Shown: one piece after another, positions 62,070 to 64,000 of the stretch | How the letters are laid out: each line of letters starts with the position of its first letter | Numbering within the stretch: position 1 is the stretch's first letter | IMG/VR virus record: IMGVR_UViG_3300028591_000129 | Span: 1-64,000 of that record | DNA from: a virus | Lineage: Duplodnaviria; Caudoviricetes | Direction: 5' to 3' (one strand) | DNA: 64,000 nucleotides | Translations under genes and position numbers: made by a program | Notes under the pieces: model-generated | Seen by the model: only the letters and a program-made list of their open reading frames with translations | Told to the model about the DNA's origin: nothing | The model's database searches: none

Positions 62070-62735
62070 CTACTCGAACTCTTTGTAATTTTTCATTCTC
62101 GAACCACAGAAAGAACAGTACCGCAGATAATATCCCGTTACGAGGCTGTCACTGTTGTACGCCGAATTACGACAGTTAGAACACCTCAAACGGTATCTGT
62201 CACGCCCCACAGCGGTTGTTTTGGACTGCACAAGCCACATACCGTCCCGAGTACCGTCGTCAGCTTTCAACGCTAAAATAGCCCTGTTTACGGCTGTCTC
62301 AAGGTTACTTCCGCGATGTATGCTCCGCTTCAGGTACTTCAAACATACAATTGCTTCTTCATTCGTCATCTCATTCATTGATTCGTCTCCCTGCGTCGGG
62401 CGGGGAGCTACACCCGCTTTTTCACAAAAGTTCTCCTTTGAGGACTTCCTGCTACTTCTTATGTTCGTTCCGCGTATAGTGGATATTGCGTCTGAAAATT
62501 CCCGTACCTCACGGTCAACCTCACCGTCAGCTTCATAATTCTCCTGTCGGTCAGGGCTGTCAGACACCGTATCCTCATTATCTGCCTCAACCTCTGCCAA
62601 TAGCACGTCAGGAATACCTAATGCTTCCTTTGCGTCAGACACGAACTGTCCAAATAGTTCTAATAAACGTCCCCAACTGTCTATTAAGGTACGTAAATCA
62701 AGCTCAACCGAACTCTCTTCTTTCTTATCTGCCAC
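62070..62735 (-). CDS. Hypothetical protein; C-terminal half is a MTNEEAI/Zn-ribbon family member
   Basis: MTNEEAI...AILALK...CSNC...YCSFCGSRM; may start internally. Confidence 0.5.
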   Translation of the reverse strand: MADKKEESSVELDLRTLIDSWGRLLELFGQFVSDAKEALGIPDVLLAEVEADNEDTVSDSPDRQENYEADGEVDREVREFSDAISTIRGTNIRSSRKSSKENFCEKAGVAPRPTQGDESMNEMTNEEAIVCLKYLKRSIHRGSNLETAVNRAILALKADDGTRDGMWLVQSKTTAVGRDRYRLRCSNCRNSAYNSDSLVTGYYLRYCSFCGSRMKNYKEFE

Positions 62736-63052
62736 GTCCTCACTCTCCTCTCCTCGTTATCATATCTTTCCTCGGCTACCCGTCCTCGGCAGTCAGCTTC
62801 TCCTTACTCACGCGCACACGCGTATCCTACGGTCTGCCACCCACAGGGTCAGCTTCCAAAAATTTTTCCTATCCGCACCCCGATTAATGTAGTTTTCCGC
62901 CAACTACTCGTCGGGTACTACCTCATATTCCAAGTACTCGGGGCACAGCCTCGCCATATCAGTGTATGCCTCATAACAGTTATCCCTAAACTGACATGCG
63001 TCACACCCTGAATTCTTGGTGGGGTCGCGTGCACTGTCAGAACTTGCCATAG

Positions 63053-63532
63053 TCAGCTCGCTCTCCTTAATACAAGATTGCCGTCCTCGGACTTCAGGGT
63101 ATACTTCGGATTATTCTCAAGGAACAGCTTGAACTGTCGAAGCAGATTATCCGCACCATTCACGAAAATATCTCTATCCGTAATAGTGAAACCCTCACCG
63201 TCGGCATAATACAGGAAGTCGTCGTATGTGCTATCCATTTTAACACCGCCTGTCTTTGCAAGCCAATAACGGATTACGTACTCCTGTCTGTCTCTGTAAT
63301 TGTCACGCCAAAGGAATTCTGCATTACCGATATGAAGCTCATTCGTCAGCGCACTTGCCTGCTCGGTATACTCTGCAATCTTCTTACTTCCTCGCTCTGT
63401 ATTGATTTCAGGCTCAAGATACAGGTATACTTGATTATTCTCTGCACGCAAAACAGGGAAGAAGCACGCGTCTGTCTTCGCTGTCCACTCGTTTATCTGC
63501 CTATCAAGCTCTCTGCACTCCAATATGGTCAT
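63053..63532 (-). CDS. Hypothetical protein
   Basis: 159-aa ORF coupled to upstream gene. Confidence 0.65.
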   Translation of the reverse strand: MTILECRELDRQINEWTAKTDACFFPVLRAENNQVYLYLEPEINTERGSKKIAEYTEQASALTNELHIGNAEFLWRDNYRDRQEYVIRYWLAKTGGVKMDSTYDDFLYYADGEGFTITDRDIFVNGADNLLRQFKLFLENNPKYTLKSEDGNLVLRRAS

Positions 63533-63777
63533 ACATTCACCCCCTCGGGGATATTCTCGTACATTGCCATACGAAGAATGTCCCTATCCTCAAATGAGAT
63601 TGCTCCTGCATAATAAAGTGCCTGTGTGAAGCCTCTGAAGTACTCCTCGGATAACTTACACGCCTCGTCCTTTGCGTGCGTGCGTACAAGTGCATTTCTG
63701 AATGCCTTACGGTCAAGTGTTGCATTGTCTGCACACGCTCTGTCAATAATCTCAAGTGCTCTCTCAAAATTTGTCAT
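63529..63777 (-). CDS. Hypothetical protein
   Basis: Promoter, ACTCATA leader and SD upstream. Confidence 0.65.
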   Translation of the reverse strand: MTNFERALEIIDRACADNATLDRKAFRNALVRTHAKDEACKLSEEYFRGFTQALYYAGAISFEDRDILRMAMYENIPEGVNV

Positions 63778-64000
63778 AGTTTTAATCTCCTTTGTATGAG
63801 TTTCTAATTTGATAGTTATATACTACCACAGAATTCACCACTGCAATGTTACAGTTATGTTACAAAGTCAGTCGCCCTCGCGACGATACGGATAATGCAC
63901 GTCATAGTAAGTATCAAAGAACGGCTGAAAGTCATAATCATAATATACACGCCTCTTGTGACCCCCGATAGTGTAGCTTCCCGCAAGCTCCGCGTCATAC

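Noticed and set aside
50775-62413. CRISPR-like reading of the repeated spacer motifs
   Set aside because: Repeats are 8-18 bp, irregularly spaced and separated by genes; no cas genes seen.

Overview
A 64-kb segment of a tailed (siphovirus-type) phage genome, most likely infecting a Bacillota/Clostridia host (consensus sigma-A promoters, strong SD sites, CHAP endolysin). Essentially all credible genes are on the minus strand. In transcription order (right to left): (i) 48.6-64 kb, an early-type region of ~14 short promoter-ORF(s)-terminator cassettes carrying several repeated DNA motifs, plus a HolA-like clamp-loader subunit and an FtsK-type ATPase; (ii) a TROVE-like/vWA (DUF2828-type) gene preceded by two related hairpins; (iii) 41.4-46.1 kb, a tandem array of four ADP-ribosyltransferase-like genes and one JAB/MPN-like gene, all beginning MGS(S/T/R)G and each followed by a small Lys-rich peptide whose core motif co-varies with the upstream enzyme subtype (best candidate for an undescribed system); (iv) an A118-like head-tail module (portal, scaffold, capsid with a -1 frameshift signal, connectors, tail tube, chaperones, tape measure, baseplate and fibre genes); (v) holins and endolysin; (vi) an uncharacterised cassette around a membrane-anchored CCC protein; (vii) a replication module (initiator with iterons, DnaC-like loader, DnaB-like helicase) behind a putative kissing-loop attenuator; (viii) mosaic small Zn-ribbon ORFs. 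No terminase, integrase, tRNA, rRNA or CRISPR array was recognised. All family assignments come from motifs read by eye, not from database searches.
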